Of a stretch of 64,000 bases of DNA, positions 45,787-57,992 are shown piece by piece. This stretch comes from Patescibacteria group bacterium (GTDB lineage Bacteria > Patescibacteriota > Minisyncoccia > Phycocordibacterales > Phycocordibacteraceae): contig JBBTSZ010000002.1 in assembly GCA_038064495.1 (NCBI GenBank), forward strand, positions 280,934 to 344,933, written 5' to 3'. The notes under the pieces were generated by a model. It saw only the letters and a program-made list of their open reading frames with translations. It did not search any database and was not told the DNA's origin. A program made the translations under genes and the position numbers. Numbering within the stretch: position 1 is the stretch's first letter; the number at the start of each line of letters is the position of its first letter.

Positions 45787-46986
45787 ATGGAACGCGAAGG
45801 TGTAATGGGCTTGGTCCCGAGAAGAATGGGTGCAATTATTGTCGCGGTCGTCGTTGGCCTGCTGCTCTTATTGAGCGTTGGGAAACTTTTCGAAAACGTC
45901 GATGCAGACGAAATAGTTGTTATTCAATCTGTTACCGGCGACCTCGATTGGTACATCACTCCTGGCCCGAAATGGCAAGGGCTTGGCAAGGTCACGAGCT
46001 ACAAAAAACGTTCGATTTATGAATTCGAATCCAAGATTCGATTCAATGACGGCGCGCACGCTCAAATGAAGGGAAGTATTCAATACGAACTTCCTCTCGA
46101 CGCAAAAAGGCTTACCGCGCTTCATACGCGCTTTGGAAGCCAGGAAGCACTTTCTGGGCAGCTTGTTCAGAAGATTGTCGACAAGGCCATATACATGACC
46201 GGTCCACTGATGTCGAGCCAAGAAAGTTACGCTGAAAAGCGCAACGACCTCATATCAGCGGTTGAGGACCAGGTTGCCAACGGCGTGTATCGCACCCTTC
46301 AACGCGACGTCATGACGAAAGATCCGCTCACGGGGGCTGAAAAAACAGTCACCGTGGTTGAAATCGCCGTCGCCAAAGATGGTCGACCAAGTCGCCAAGA
46401 AGCTGCTGTGTTGTCGGAGTTTGCCGTCAAGCCTTTCAATTTCAGCATTGCGTCGCTTGACTACGACAAGCCGGTTGAAGCTCAAATCAATACGCAACAA
46501 CGTGCGCGCGGCGCTGTGCAAACAGCAATTGCCAACGCACGTATGGCGGAGCAGGACGCTGTTACTGCAACGAAACGTGGTGAAGCCATGGTGGCAACAG
46601 CTCGAGCAAAGCAGGAGGCAGTGAAGGCTGCAGCAGTTACTGACGCTGAACGGGAACGTGACGTCGCGCGCCTCCAGTCGGAAGCGGCTGGTTTTGCAAA
46701 ACAGCGTGATATTCTGCTCGGTGAAGGTGAAGGTGCTCGTCGTCGGCTTGTCATGCAGGCAGACGGCGCACTTACGCAGAAACTCGCGACCTATGAAAAG
46801 GTCAGCAAGATGTATGCGGATGCCATCGCGAACTATCGTGGCGCCTGGGTGCCGAACATGGTCTTTGGTCAACAGGGCGGAACCACAAATGGTGGAACGG
46901 CTTTGATGGAACTGTTGACAGTGAAGACCGCTCGCGATCTCTCACTCGATATGGGCACTCCACGGGGCTCACAAACCAAGAAGTAG
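45787..46986 (+). CDS. SPFH/band-7 (flotillin/HflK-like) domain protein
   Basis: N-terminal TM helix, an SPFH core, and a long Ala/Glu/Arg coiled coil. Confidence 0.8.
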   Translation: MEREGVMGLVPRRMGAIIVAVVVGLLLLLSVGKLFENVDADEIVVIQSVTGDLDWYITPGPKWQGLGKVTSYKKRSIYEFESKIRFNDGAHAQMKGSIQYELPLDAKRLTALHTRFGSQEALSGQLVQKIVDKAIYMTGPLMSSQESYAEKRNDLISAVEDQVANGVYRTLQRDVMTKDPLTGAEKTVTVVEIAVAKDGRPSRQEAAVLSEFAVKPFNFSIASLDYDKPVEAQINTQQRARGAVQTAIANARMAEQDAVTATKRGEAMVATARAKQEAVKAAAVTDAERERDVARLQSEAAGFAKQRDILLGEGEGARRRLVMQADGALTQKLATYEKVSKMYADAIANYRGAWVPNMVFGQQGGTTNGGTALMELLTVKTARDLSLDMGTPRGSQTKK

Positions 46987-47041
46987 AGTCCAGACGAGCA
47001 ACACAACTCATGGGCCGTCCTAAAAGGACGGCCCATTTTAT

Positions 47042-48109
47042 TTATTTGCCGCGTCCGTAGTATTTCTTAAGCGTTTTTACGTGTTCTGCATAGGTAGCTG
47101 AGCAGTGGAATTCACCGTTCTTATCATGGAAGTAAAAAATACAGTCGGTTTGCTTCGGGTTGAGTGCTGCAATGACGGCTGCCACTGACGGATTTGCAAT
47201 CGGCGTAGGGGGAAGTCCTGGATGCGCGTACGTGTTGTAGGCAGACTTAATATATTTATCCTTAGGTACCACCGGTGGCCACCACGCACTCTTGGTCGTT
47301 TGTGCCTTTGCGTATTGAAGTGTCGCGTCAATTTGGAGATTCATATTAGTGAAAATACGATTCCAGATGATGCCTGAAATCATGCGCATATCGTCAGTAC
47401 CGCCAGTCTCACGTTCAATCAACGAAGCAATAGTTAGGGCGTCATTCAGCGGAACCTGTTCGGCTGTAGAGGTACTGTAGCGGTCAAGAATCTCTGAGGT
47501 AAAACGCTCATGCAGGACATTCTGCACTTCAGTCGGAGAGGCTGCTCCGTGCACTTCATAGGTTCCTGGCACAAATTCACCTTCGGTAAGGGTTGGTGGT
47601 TTTGACTTTACTTGAGCGACAAATACCTTGCGCTGACCGTTATTCCATCCAAGCGCGTTACCAAAGACTTGAGCGACCTCTTCTTGGCGGTAGCCTGGAC
47701 GTATGGTTACGAATTGCACATCCGTGCCAGCAAGGAGTTTATAGATAGGAAGGCCAGCGACAAAGGATGCAAGCTCTGAAAAAAGACTGGTAGCAAGTTC
47801 AACAGCGGCCGCACTCTTGGATGATTGTCCAAGACTCAAAAGGTCGTCAACGCTTGCGTTTTCAGTAATGACTTTACGGGAAGGATCTACCGAGACAGGA
47901 AAAGGTACTTTTGAACCAGCTGAAGCTTGCTGTTCTTTAATATCAAGTGAAAGGATGGATGGAAGAGAAAAGAGCGCGAGTGCAAGCACCAGCGAGGTGC
48001 CTATTATAGGAGCAATGGTACGCACCGAAGAGCCGACAGTTTTCTTCGGCTTTCCTTTATATGGACCAAAGTTGCGTGGTATCAGGGTCCTTCCTGTTGG
48101 GCCCGGCAT
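47042..48109 (-). CDS. mltG: endolytic murein transglycosylase MltG (YceG family)
   Basis: N-terminal TM helix and the YceG signature AYNTYAHPGLPPTPIANPS. Confidence 0.85.
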   Translation of the reverse strand: MPGPTGRTLIPRNFGPYKGKPKKTVGSSVRTIAPIIGTSLVLALALFSLPSILSLDIKEQQASAGSKVPFPVSVDPSRKVITENASVDDLLSLGQSSKSAAAVELATSLFSELASFVAGLPIYKLLAGTDVQFVTIRPGYRQEEVAQVFGNALGWNNGQRKVFVAQVKSKPPTLTEGEFVPGTYEVHGAASPTEVQNVLHERFTSEILDRYSTSTAEQVPLNDALTIASLIERETGGTDDMRMISGIIWNRIFTNMNLQIDATLQYAKAQTTKSAWWPPVVPKDKYIKSAYNTYAHPGLPPTPIANPSVAAVIAALNPKQTDCIFYFHDKNGEFHCSATYAEHVKTLKKYYGRGK

Positions 48110-48166
48110 GTAGAAATTGTAGCAAGTACGAGCGAGATGTCACTTGGTGTGTCGTGAGTAAGAAAT

Positions 48167-48775
48167 ATGCACCACTATAAACTCTGTAAGGGTAGACAGG
48201 TGAGTCTATCCAGTGCTACGGTGCGGGGAGTGAAAGCATCTCCACAAAAAACGACCGTTGAGCGGGCTGTAGAAAACATTGGCTCCGTAACTTCACTCGT
48301 ACTGCATACGATTCTTTTTATTGTTGCCTTTACTCTGCCCCTTGCCGGACTCGTACCGTGGGAAATCATGCTCTTGGTGCTCACGACGGTGGTATCTCTG
48401 GAAGCTATCTATCTTGCGCTGTTCATTCAAATCACCGTAAACCGCAACACCGCTCAGCTGCGAGAAGTGGAAGAGGACATTGATGAGATTCAAGAGGACG
48501 TCGAGGAGCTCGGCGAGGATGTGGAAGACATTCAGGAAGACATTGAAGAAATCTCTGAAGATATTGATGAGATTCAAGAGGACGTTGAAGAAATGTCTGA
48601 CGAGGAACGCGAAGAGGCGGAAGGCGAGCGCCGTATCAAGGCAGAAAAAGTAACGGCTGAACGAAAAGAGCGCAGAGAGAAGAAAGCCTTTGACGAGGCA
48701 AAGACTCTTGAACAGTTGAGCAAAGACGTCCAACGCGTATTACGTGACCTTGAAGAGTTACGTAAGGGCAAGTAA
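48167..48775 (+). CDS. DUF1003-like membrane protein with acidic heptad-repeat tail
   Basis: Two TM helices with VVSLEAIYLALFIQITVNRN, then about six E/D-rich 7-aa repeats. Confidence 0.6.
   Translation: MHHYKLCKGRQVSLSSATVRGVKASPQKTTVERAVENIGSVTSLVLHTILFIVAFTLPLAGLVPWEIMLLVLTTVVSLEAIYLALFIQITVNRNTAQLREVEEDIDEIQEDVEELGEDVEDIQEDIEEISEDIDEIQEDVEEMSDEEREEAEGERRIKAEKVTAERKERREKKAFDEAKTLEQLSKDVQRVLRDLEELRKGK
48470..48620 (+). repeat. imperfect 21-nt tandem repeat (~6-7 copies), coding
   Basis: gaagaggacattgatgagattcaa / gaggacgtcgaggagctcggc / gaggatgtggaagacattcag ... encode repeats EDIDEIQ, EDVEELG, EDVEDIQ, EDIEEIS and onward. Confidence 0.65.
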
Positions 48776-48789
48776 ACTTACTCAGCTTC

Positions 48790-48860
48790 GGGCCTATAGT
48801 GAAGTGGTATCACGCATCCATGGCATGGATGAAGTCGGAGTTCGATTCTCCGTAGGTCCA
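48790..48860 (+). tRNA. tRNA-Ala (GGC)
   Basis: Acceptor gggccta/taggtcc with the G3-U70 Ala identity pair. Anticodon stem catcc/ggatg with loop atGGCat. T arm cggag-ttcgatt-ctccg. Confidence 0.75.
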
Positions 48861-48898
48861 CAGAATAATCTGTCACACTGTACTCAATCCAAAGACAT

Positions 48899-49390
48899 AT
48901 GGAATCATTAAAACCAGAAAGGAAACCAGAGCTGTTTGAGAAAATCGACCGTAAAGCACCAGCACTTATGGGAGCGCTTGCCAGTGCTCCTGTGTTTAAA
49001 AAACACGGTCAGGTACATGCTCGGCGGGCAGTTGTTGGAGAATCCATCATCACGACTCTTGAAAGTGGTATCAAGGAGACTGAGAATACTGCGCAGGAAG
49101 GTGATTGGATCATCACTAACCCTGATGGCGAGGAATACATCATTTCTGAAAACAAGTTCAACAGTCGCTATGAACCAACGAATGAGGATGGTCTCTATGA
49201 GGCCAAGGGTTCCTGCCGCGCTATTGTTAACCCGTTCGGCAAGCCAATTGAGATTATGGCTTCGTGGGGGTCGCCACAGACAGGCGGTTCCGATTGTATG
49301 ATTGCAGACACCTGCGACGACGACGGCTCTAACATGAATGGTGAACCTTATATAATCGACGCTGATGCATTTGCGAAAACGTACCAGTAA
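48899..49390 (+). CDS. hypothetical protein
   Basis: 163 aa with no recognisable domain, followed by a clean terminator. Confidence 0.45.
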   Translation: MESLKPERKPELFEKIDRKAPALMGALASAPVFKKHGQVHARRAVVGESIITTLESGIKETENTAQEGDWIITNPDGEEYIISENKFNSRYEPTNEDGLYEAKGSCRAIVNPFGKPIEIMASWGSPQTGGSDCMIADTCDDDGSNMNGEPYIIDADAFAKTYQ

Positions 49391-49410
49391 GACCTGTGTC
49401 TAATAATGTA

Positions 49411-49440
49411 AAACACCTCCACTCGGAGGTGTTTTGCTTT
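49411..49440 (+). terminator. bidirectional terminator
   Basis: Stem acacctcc/ggaggtgt with loop actc. T-run on the plus strand and T-rich on the minus strand. Confidence 0.65.
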
Positions 49441-49447
49441 GTATATC

Positions 49448-49651
49448 TTACGAACGGTGAACGTTGATGGCGTACGGACCTTTCTTGCTTTCGGTCACGT
49501 CAAATTTGACCTTGTCGCCAGCCTTAAGCTCACCAAAGGTGACACCTTCAAGTGCATCAGAATGGAAGAAAAGCGTATCCTTTACGCCGACGAGCTTGAT
49601 AAGACCTGAATTGCGCTCACCAAGTTCAACAATCTTGCCCTGTTTCATTAC
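49448..49651 (-). CDS. cold-shock-domain-like small protein
   Basis: 67 aa (GKIVELGERNSGLIKLVGVKDTLFFHSDAL...GDKVKFDV...GPYAINV). Assignment is tentative. Confidence 0.45.
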   Translation of the reverse strand, partial: VMKQGKIVELGERNSGLIKLVGVKDTLFFHSDALEGVTFGELKAGDKVKFDVTESKKGPYAINVHRS

Positions 49652-49735
49652 TGCCAATCTACCATGTTTAGGAAATAGTGTCAAAACAGTATACAAAAAG
49701 GGCCGCTACCGAAGTAGCGACCCTCACGGATAAGG

Positions 49736-50170
49736 TCAGAGCATCTTGGTAAAAACTGTGCCCTGAGATTCCTCAAATCCGACTTTTCGATACAATTCAC
49801 GAGCCGGAAGTCGTTCGCGCCCGCAAACAAGTTCAGCCCACTCGGCATGGTGTGCTTTCGCAAGTGAAAGAACATAACGCATAAGACGCTCACCTTCACC
49901 TTGCTCGCGATACTCCTTGAGAATCACGACGTTATCAATACGTGCCTCCACGCCGTGGAATGTTCGCAGAATGGCAACGGTTGCCATGCCAACCAGTCTT
50001 CCCGTTTCAGGCTCAAACAAGCCAACGGTGTGCGAGTGCTTTTGTTTCAGAGTGTCAAACACGTCTGATTTCGTGCCGGCCCATCCTTCGCGCATCAATT
50101 CATTCATCAACACGTGAATCTCTCGATGTATATGAGTAATCCACGAATGGTTACTTTCGAACTGAACCAT
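49736..50170 (-). CDS. GNAT-family N-acetyltransferase
   Basis: Acetyl-CoA-binding region VILKEYREQGEGERLMRYVLSLAK. Confidence 0.7.
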   Translation of the reverse strand: MVQFESNHSWITHIHREIHVLMNELMREGWAGTKSDVFDTLKQKHSHTVGLFEPETGRLVGMATVAILRTFHGVEARIDNVVILKEYREQGEGERLMRYVLSLAKAHHAEWAELVCGRERLPARELYRKVGFEESQGTVFTKML

Positions 50171-50422
50171 TCTGAGTTGAAGTGTTGTGGCACGAGCTTT
50201 TCGGGCTGCTCCAGTTTCGTATCTACTCACTCTTTGCTCCTCTGTAATGTGCAATAAGAAAGAGCGTTTCCGCTCGTGACGAAATACTACCACACCGCCA
50301 CACGTATTGGCCAGAGCGTCAAGCTACAAGTCCAAATAGCCCTATGAGTTGGTGGATAGTCATCTCTTTGCTAACATAGCTAGTATGAACGGGGTATCGG
50401 CCCAAACGGGTCTTTTTTACGT

Positions 50423-51226
50423 ATGGACACGCTCGTAGCAACCACGAGCGGAGTGGCCACAGTTGCTACTGCTGTGGTCCATGAAAGTCCTATACACGTC
50501 TCCTTGAAGGCGGAGGTGCTCGGCCACTTCCTTGGCTTACCTATTACGAACTCACTCCTGATGACATGGCTCGTCATGGCGCTTCTCATTGGATTTGCCT
50601 TCTTTTTTGGTCGCTCACTAACGCTTATTCCTGGAAAACTACAGGCGGCCGTGGAGTGGCTCTTTGAGGGAGCGTATGGCTACGTAGTTGAAACGTTTGA
50701 AAGTGAGGAACTCGCAAAGAAATTCTTTCCACTCATCGCCACCATTTTCCTGTTTGTGCTTGTCGGTAACGAGTTAGAGTTTGTGCCTGGTGTTGGCTCC
50801 ATCGGATTTTTTCACGGTACGGAATTTGAGCCACTCCTTCGTGCACCTGCAGCAGACCTCAACTTTACTCTTGCTCTCGCCTTCATTTCTTTCTTTACGA
50901 TTGAAATCACCGGACTGGCGGTACTCGGTGCATTGAAGTACTCCGGCCGATTTGTTAACTTTAGTTCACCGGTTAACTTTGCCGTCGGCATTATTGAGAT
51001 AGTCTCCAACCTTGGACGTCTTGTCTCCTTCTCCTTCCGTCTCTTTGGAAACATTTTCGCTGGGGAAGTCATGATTCTGGTGGCAGGGTACTTCTTGCCG
51101 TATCTCCTACCCGCGCCCTTAATCGGGTTTGAGATGTTTATTGGAGCCATTCAGGCATTGGTGTTTGCCATGTTGACGATGTTCTTCATTAAGTTGTCGG
51201 TCACTGATCCGCACGAAGCTCATTAG
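50423..51226 (+). CDS. atpB: F0 ATP synthase subunit a
   Basis: Conserved C-terminal helices with the essential Arg region (LSFSFRLFGNIFAGEV). Confidence 0.9.
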   Translation: MDTLVATTSGVATVATAVVHESPIHVSLKAEVLGHFLGLPITNSLLMTWLVMALLIGFAFFFGRSLTLIPGKLQAAVEWLFEGAYGYVVETFESEELAKKFFPLIATIFLFVLVGNELEFVPGVGSIGFFHGTEFEPLLRAPAADLNFTLALAFISFFTIEITGLAVLGALKYSGRFVNFSSPVNFAVGIIEIVSNLGRLVSFSFRLFGNIFAGEVMILVAGYFLPYLLPAPLIGFEMFIGAIQALVFAMLTMFFIKLSVTDPHEAH

Positions 51227-51281
51227 GGAAACCTAGTGGCTTGGTGCGGCTCCGGGATGGAGTTCGAACTTATTAAGATAA

Positions 51282-51518
<237 letters not shown>

Positions 51519-51539
51519 TTTTCTCTAAGCGTCTGTACC

Positions 51540-51983
51540 ATGTCTGAACTCTTCGACGCATTCGGCCTCCAACTTCCCTTGCTTATCGCGCAGGCGGTGA
51601 ACTTTGGCGTGCTTATGGTGGTACTGTGGTATCTCCTCTATAAGCCCGTCATGGCAACGCTTGAGACTCGCCGACAGAAAATTGCGTCAGGCGTGGCGGC
51701 TGCTGAAATGGCTGAGGCGAAGGCCGCTACTGCCGACGCTGAAGCAGCGAAGGTGGTACACGGTGCTGAGACTGAAGCAGAAGGCATAGTCTCGGTGGCG
51801 CGCGAGAGCGCTCAGTCTGAGCGCACACGCATCATCAAGGAAGCTGAAGCACGCGCTGCTTCAGTAGAGAAGGATGCAGAGGCACGCGCCAAGGAAGATG
51901 CAGCACGCCTACTACGCGACAGCGAAAAGGAAATTGCACGCTTGTCGGTGCTTGCGGCTGAGAAGGTCATTCGTTCCAAATAA
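51540..51983 (+). CDS. atpF: F0 ATP synthase subunit b
   Basis: N-terminal TM helix and a long Ala/Glu/Lys coiled coil. Confidence 0.8.
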   Translation: MSELFDAFGLQLPLLIAQAVNFGVLMVVLWYLLYKPVMATLETRRQKIASGVAAAEMAEAKAATADAEAAKVVHGAETEAEGIVSVARESAQSERTRIIKEAEARAASVEKDAEARAKEDAARLLRDSEKEIARLSVLAAEKVIRSK

Positions 51984-51985
51984 GT

Positions 51986-52354
51986 ATGGAGAAGCTCTAC
52001 GCAAAGGCTCTTACGCAACTCGCGCATAGTGAGGGAGCTGATACGAAGAAACTCGTAGAGCAACTCGTGAAGGAACTCACCGCTTCAGGACGCACCAAGC
52101 TCCTACCGGAGATTCTTCGTGAGCTTAGAGTGCTTGAGGCGAAAGAGGCGAAACGTGCGCCAAGCGTAGAAGTAGCGCATGAGAAGGAAAGTACCGAAGC
52201 ACTCGCCGAAGCAAAGAAGCTCGGCATAGAGGTTTCCAAAGCGCACGTAAACCACGCCTTGATTTCAGGATGGCGCGCGCGTTCAGGCGGAACACTCATA
52301 GACCGAAGTGCGAAGCGCGGACTCATTGACCTCTACCGAAAGGTAACTAACTAA
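51986..52354 (+). CDS. atpH: F1 ATP synthase subunit delta (short, 122 aa)
   Basis: Operon position between b and alpha. OSCP-like C-terminus (GGTLIDRSAKRGLIDLYRKV). Confidence 0.7.
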   Translation: MEKLYAKALTQLAHSEGADTKKLVEQLVKELTASGRTKLLPEILRELRVLEAKEAKRAPSVEVAHEKESTEALAEAKKLGIEVSKAHVNHALISGWRARSGGTLIDRSAKRGLIDLYRKVTN

Positions 52355-52372
52355 GTAATAACCACACACATC

Positions 52373-53923
<1,551 letters not shown>

Positions 53924-53938
53924 TACTCCCAACCACAC

Positions 53939-54847
53939 ATGGCACTCAAAGACATCAAGCTAAAGATTCTGGCCACTAAACGCATGAATAAAGTCACGCG
54001 CGCCATGGAGGCGGTCTCTGCCGTGAAAATGCGCAAGACTCAGAACGCGGCGTTTAATGGACGTGCCTATGCGCGCGCCGCGCTTTCCATTCTGACGCGT
54101 CTTTCGGGTACAGAAGATGTTATGCGTCACCCACTTGCAGCAAAACGTAAAGGCGACACGATAGCGCTCGTGCTCCTTACCAGTGATAAGGGTCTTGCGG
54201 GAGGACTGAACGCCGGTGTGTTGAAGCGAGCATTAGGAGCACTCGAGGGGCGTGAGAAGTCTAAAGTGCTTGTCTACGCCTACGGACGAAAGGGACAGGA
54301 ATATTTCCATAACCGTGGCTATACGATTGCTACGTCGTACGAGAACAAGAGTGATGACGTTGATATCGTAGCGATGGAAGAAATTGCCAAAGAACTCTCC
54401 GACGGGTTTCTTGCAGGGAAATTCAACAAGGTTGTCACGGTCTACAGTCACTTCAAATCAACGTTTGAACAGGTCCCGACGATGCGTCGTTTGCTTCCCC
54501 TTTCACTTGTCGCACTTACCGAGATTGTGGAGGGCATTACGCCAGCAAAAGGTAAGTGGAGCACGGTCGCAAACCTAGCGGCACCGGCTGCGTATGAGGT
54601 GGAGCCGTCTGGTGATGAGGTGCTCGGGATCTTGGTCCCGCGCCTCGTCAGCGTCGCGCTCTTCCACATGCTTCTTGAGAGCAAGGCATCCGAACACTCT
54701 GCTCGTATGGTTGCTATGAAGAATGCTTCTGATAAATCAAAGGAGGTAGCACACGACCTGACACGCAAATTCAACAAAGTACGTCAGGCTGCCATCACTC
54801 GCGAGGTGTCAGAAATTGTGAGTGGGAGCACGGCCCTGTCCGCGTAA
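53939..54847 (+). CDS. atpG: F1 ATP synthase subunit gamma
   Basis: Shows MALKDIKLKI...KVTRAMEAVSAVKMRK and the conserved C-terminal helix. Confidence 0.9.
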   Translation: MALKDIKLKILATKRMNKVTRAMEAVSAVKMRKTQNAAFNGRAYARAALSILTRLSGTEDVMRHPLAAKRKGDTIALVLLTSDKGLAGGLNAGVLKRALGALEGREKSKVLVYAYGRKGQEYFHNRGYTIATSYENKSDDVDIVAMEEIAKELSDGFLAGKFNKVVTVYSHFKSTFEQVPTMRRLLPLSLVALTEIVEGITPAKGKWSTVANLAAPAAYEVEPSGDEVLGILVPRLVSVALFHMLLESKASEHSARMVAMKNASDKSKEVAHDLTRKFNKVRQAAITREVSEIVSGSTALSA

Positions 54848-56257
<1,410 letters not shown>

Positions 56258-56381
56258 TTTCGTCTGCGTTGTTGCGGGTCCTGCTCTTTTCTTCCATCGT
56301 ATAGCACATACGTTTACAGAAAAGAGCTTCCCGCGCCTAGCATCCAAACTCATTTTACGTCGTCTCACCTAACAACATTCT

Positions 56382-56627
56382 ATGGCTAAAACATTTCATC
56401 TCACCATTGCCCGCGTCGGAGAGAATCTCTTTGATGGGGAAGCCACGTCCGTAACGCTTCCGGGTGAAGAAGGGGTGTTCACCGTGATGGCTCACCACGA
56501 AGCATTCGTGACACCACTCAAAGAAGGCGAAGCGAGTGTTGAAACTGAAAACGGAGAGCGAAAAGCCTTCCCTATTCAAAAAGGCATTGCGGAAGTGTCT
56601 AGTAATCAGGTAACCGTGCTCCTCTAA
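56382..56627 (+). CDS. atpC: F1 ATP synthase subunit epsilon (short, 81 aa)
   Basis: N-terminal beta-sandwich only. Operon position after beta. Confidence 0.8.
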   Translation: MAKTFHLTIARVGENLFDGEATSVTLPGEEGVFTVMAHHEAFVTPLKEGEASVETENGERKAFPIQKGIAEVSSNQVTVLL

Positions 56628-56652
56628 GTCTTTGGTATACTGAAGTTACTAT

Positions 56653-56886
56653 ATGGGAGTACAAGATTTTTTTACCCGACAGCTGATGAAATCAAAGCTG
56701 AAAGATGTACCGGAAGCACAACGCGAACAAATTATGACCTTGGTGACCAAGGATCCAGAACTGTTCAAGAAGATTGGAGAGGAGATTGACCGTCGAGTGA
56801 AGAAGGGGGGCGAACCGCAAATGAAGGCGTCTATGGAGGTAATGAAAAAGTATCGCTCTGAAATTCAGGCCCTCATGGCCCGCTAG
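56653..56886 (+). CDS. small charged hypothetical protein
   Basis: 77 aa, 25 nt after atpC. Confidence 0.35.
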   Translation: MGVQDFFTRQLMKSKLKDVPEAQREQIMTLVTKDPELFKKIGEEIDRRVKKGGEPQMKASMEVMKKYRSEIQALMAR

Positions 56887-56888
56887 AT

Positions 56889-57467
56889 ATGGCTTCAAAA
56901 AAGATTTTTATTTTGATGGGGAATCCGGACTCGGAGACGGTAAGTAATGATTTTGCGAATGCATACGAAGCAGAAGCAAAAGCAGTCGGACATGATGTTC
57001 GCCGTACGAATCTCATTGATATGCACTTTGATCCCCTCCTGCATAAGGGTTACAAAGTCATTCAAGAGCTTGAACCGGACCTACGTACGTTTCAAGAGAA
57101 TCTTAAATGGGCAGAGCATTTTGTGCTTATCTACCCAGTCTGGTGGTCAGGCATGCCTTCTCTCCTGAAAGCACTTTTTGAACGTATGTGGCTACCTGCG
57201 TTTGCCTTCCATTTCTGGCCAAACGGTCTTGGCTGGGACCAACTGATGAAAGGTAAGACGGCGCGTCTCATTACTCTTTCCAAAATGCACCCATTTTTCA
57301 TTCACCTTATGTCGGGTGACCACACTTCAGCGCTTCGTAATGGCATTCTGAGATTCTCAGGATATCGTGTCGCACTTACTGAAGTAGGTGGAAGCGAAAC
57401 GCTTACCGAAGAGAAAAAAGCATACTGGATACGACGAGTGCAACGTCTTGCACGGAAAGGCAGGTAG
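56889..57467 (+). CDS. flavodoxin-like-fold NAD(P)H dehydrogenase (quinone) family protein
   Basis: Shows IFILMGNPDSETVSN...HFVLIYPVWWSGMPSLLKALFERM. Confidence 0.7.
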   Translation: MASKKIFILMGNPDSETVSNDFANAYEAEAKAVGHDVRRTNLIDMHFDPLLHKGYKVIQELEPDLRTFQENLKWAEHFVLIYPVWWSGMPSLLKALFERMWLPAFAFHFWPNGLGWDQLMKGKTARLITLSKMHPFFIHLMSGDHTSALRNGILRFSGYRVALTEVGGSETLTEEKKAYWIRRVQRLARKGR

Positions 57468-57584
57468 GCTATAGTGTCGTAGTCGAAGTGTTTGGAGCGA
57501 CGGACTCCTGACACCCGGGTATGGGCGATGCTCCCACACGCCCCCTTGCCTTTGCGCTTCAAGCACTTCGACACCTGCACCTTT

Positions 57585-57612
57585 AAACCGCGCTTCAGGC
57601 GGTTTTTCTTTT
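57585..57612 (+). terminator. rho-independent terminator
   Basis: 7-bp stem aaaccgc/gcggttt with loop gcttcag, then TTcTTTT. Confidence 0.6.
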
Positions 57613-57616
57613 GCAC

Positions 57617-57650
57617 ATTGACATAATAGTCATTTCGTGTACTATAGCAA
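57617..57650 (+). promoter_or_regulatory. promoter candidate
   Basis: TTGACA, then a ~16-17 nt spacer, then a TACTAT/TATAGC -10-like hexamer. Confidence 0.3.
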
Positions 57651-57992
57651 AAGAAGGTCAGGGATGGACCTTGGTAACGAAAGAAAGATGCATATGCTTA
57701 TACTTTGTATATCTCTTACGCTTTCGGATACTGCAAACCCGGTCTATGAGGTACAGCCGGTTCATGTATGTAGTAGAGTCATGTGAAAACTATCTACGAC
57801 CTGCAAATGATGAACATTGCAAAGCATCCTAAAGGCTCCCCAGGTATCAGTCGCGATTGGTATCAGAAGCAAGCCAGCCAGTAGAGGCAACCCCACGCTC
57901 TTACTAATAAGAACGTCTTGGTCCCCGTCGAGCGCTTTAACCAGCGATCCGGGGACTTTTCATTTATTACATAACCACGTAAGGTAATACAC

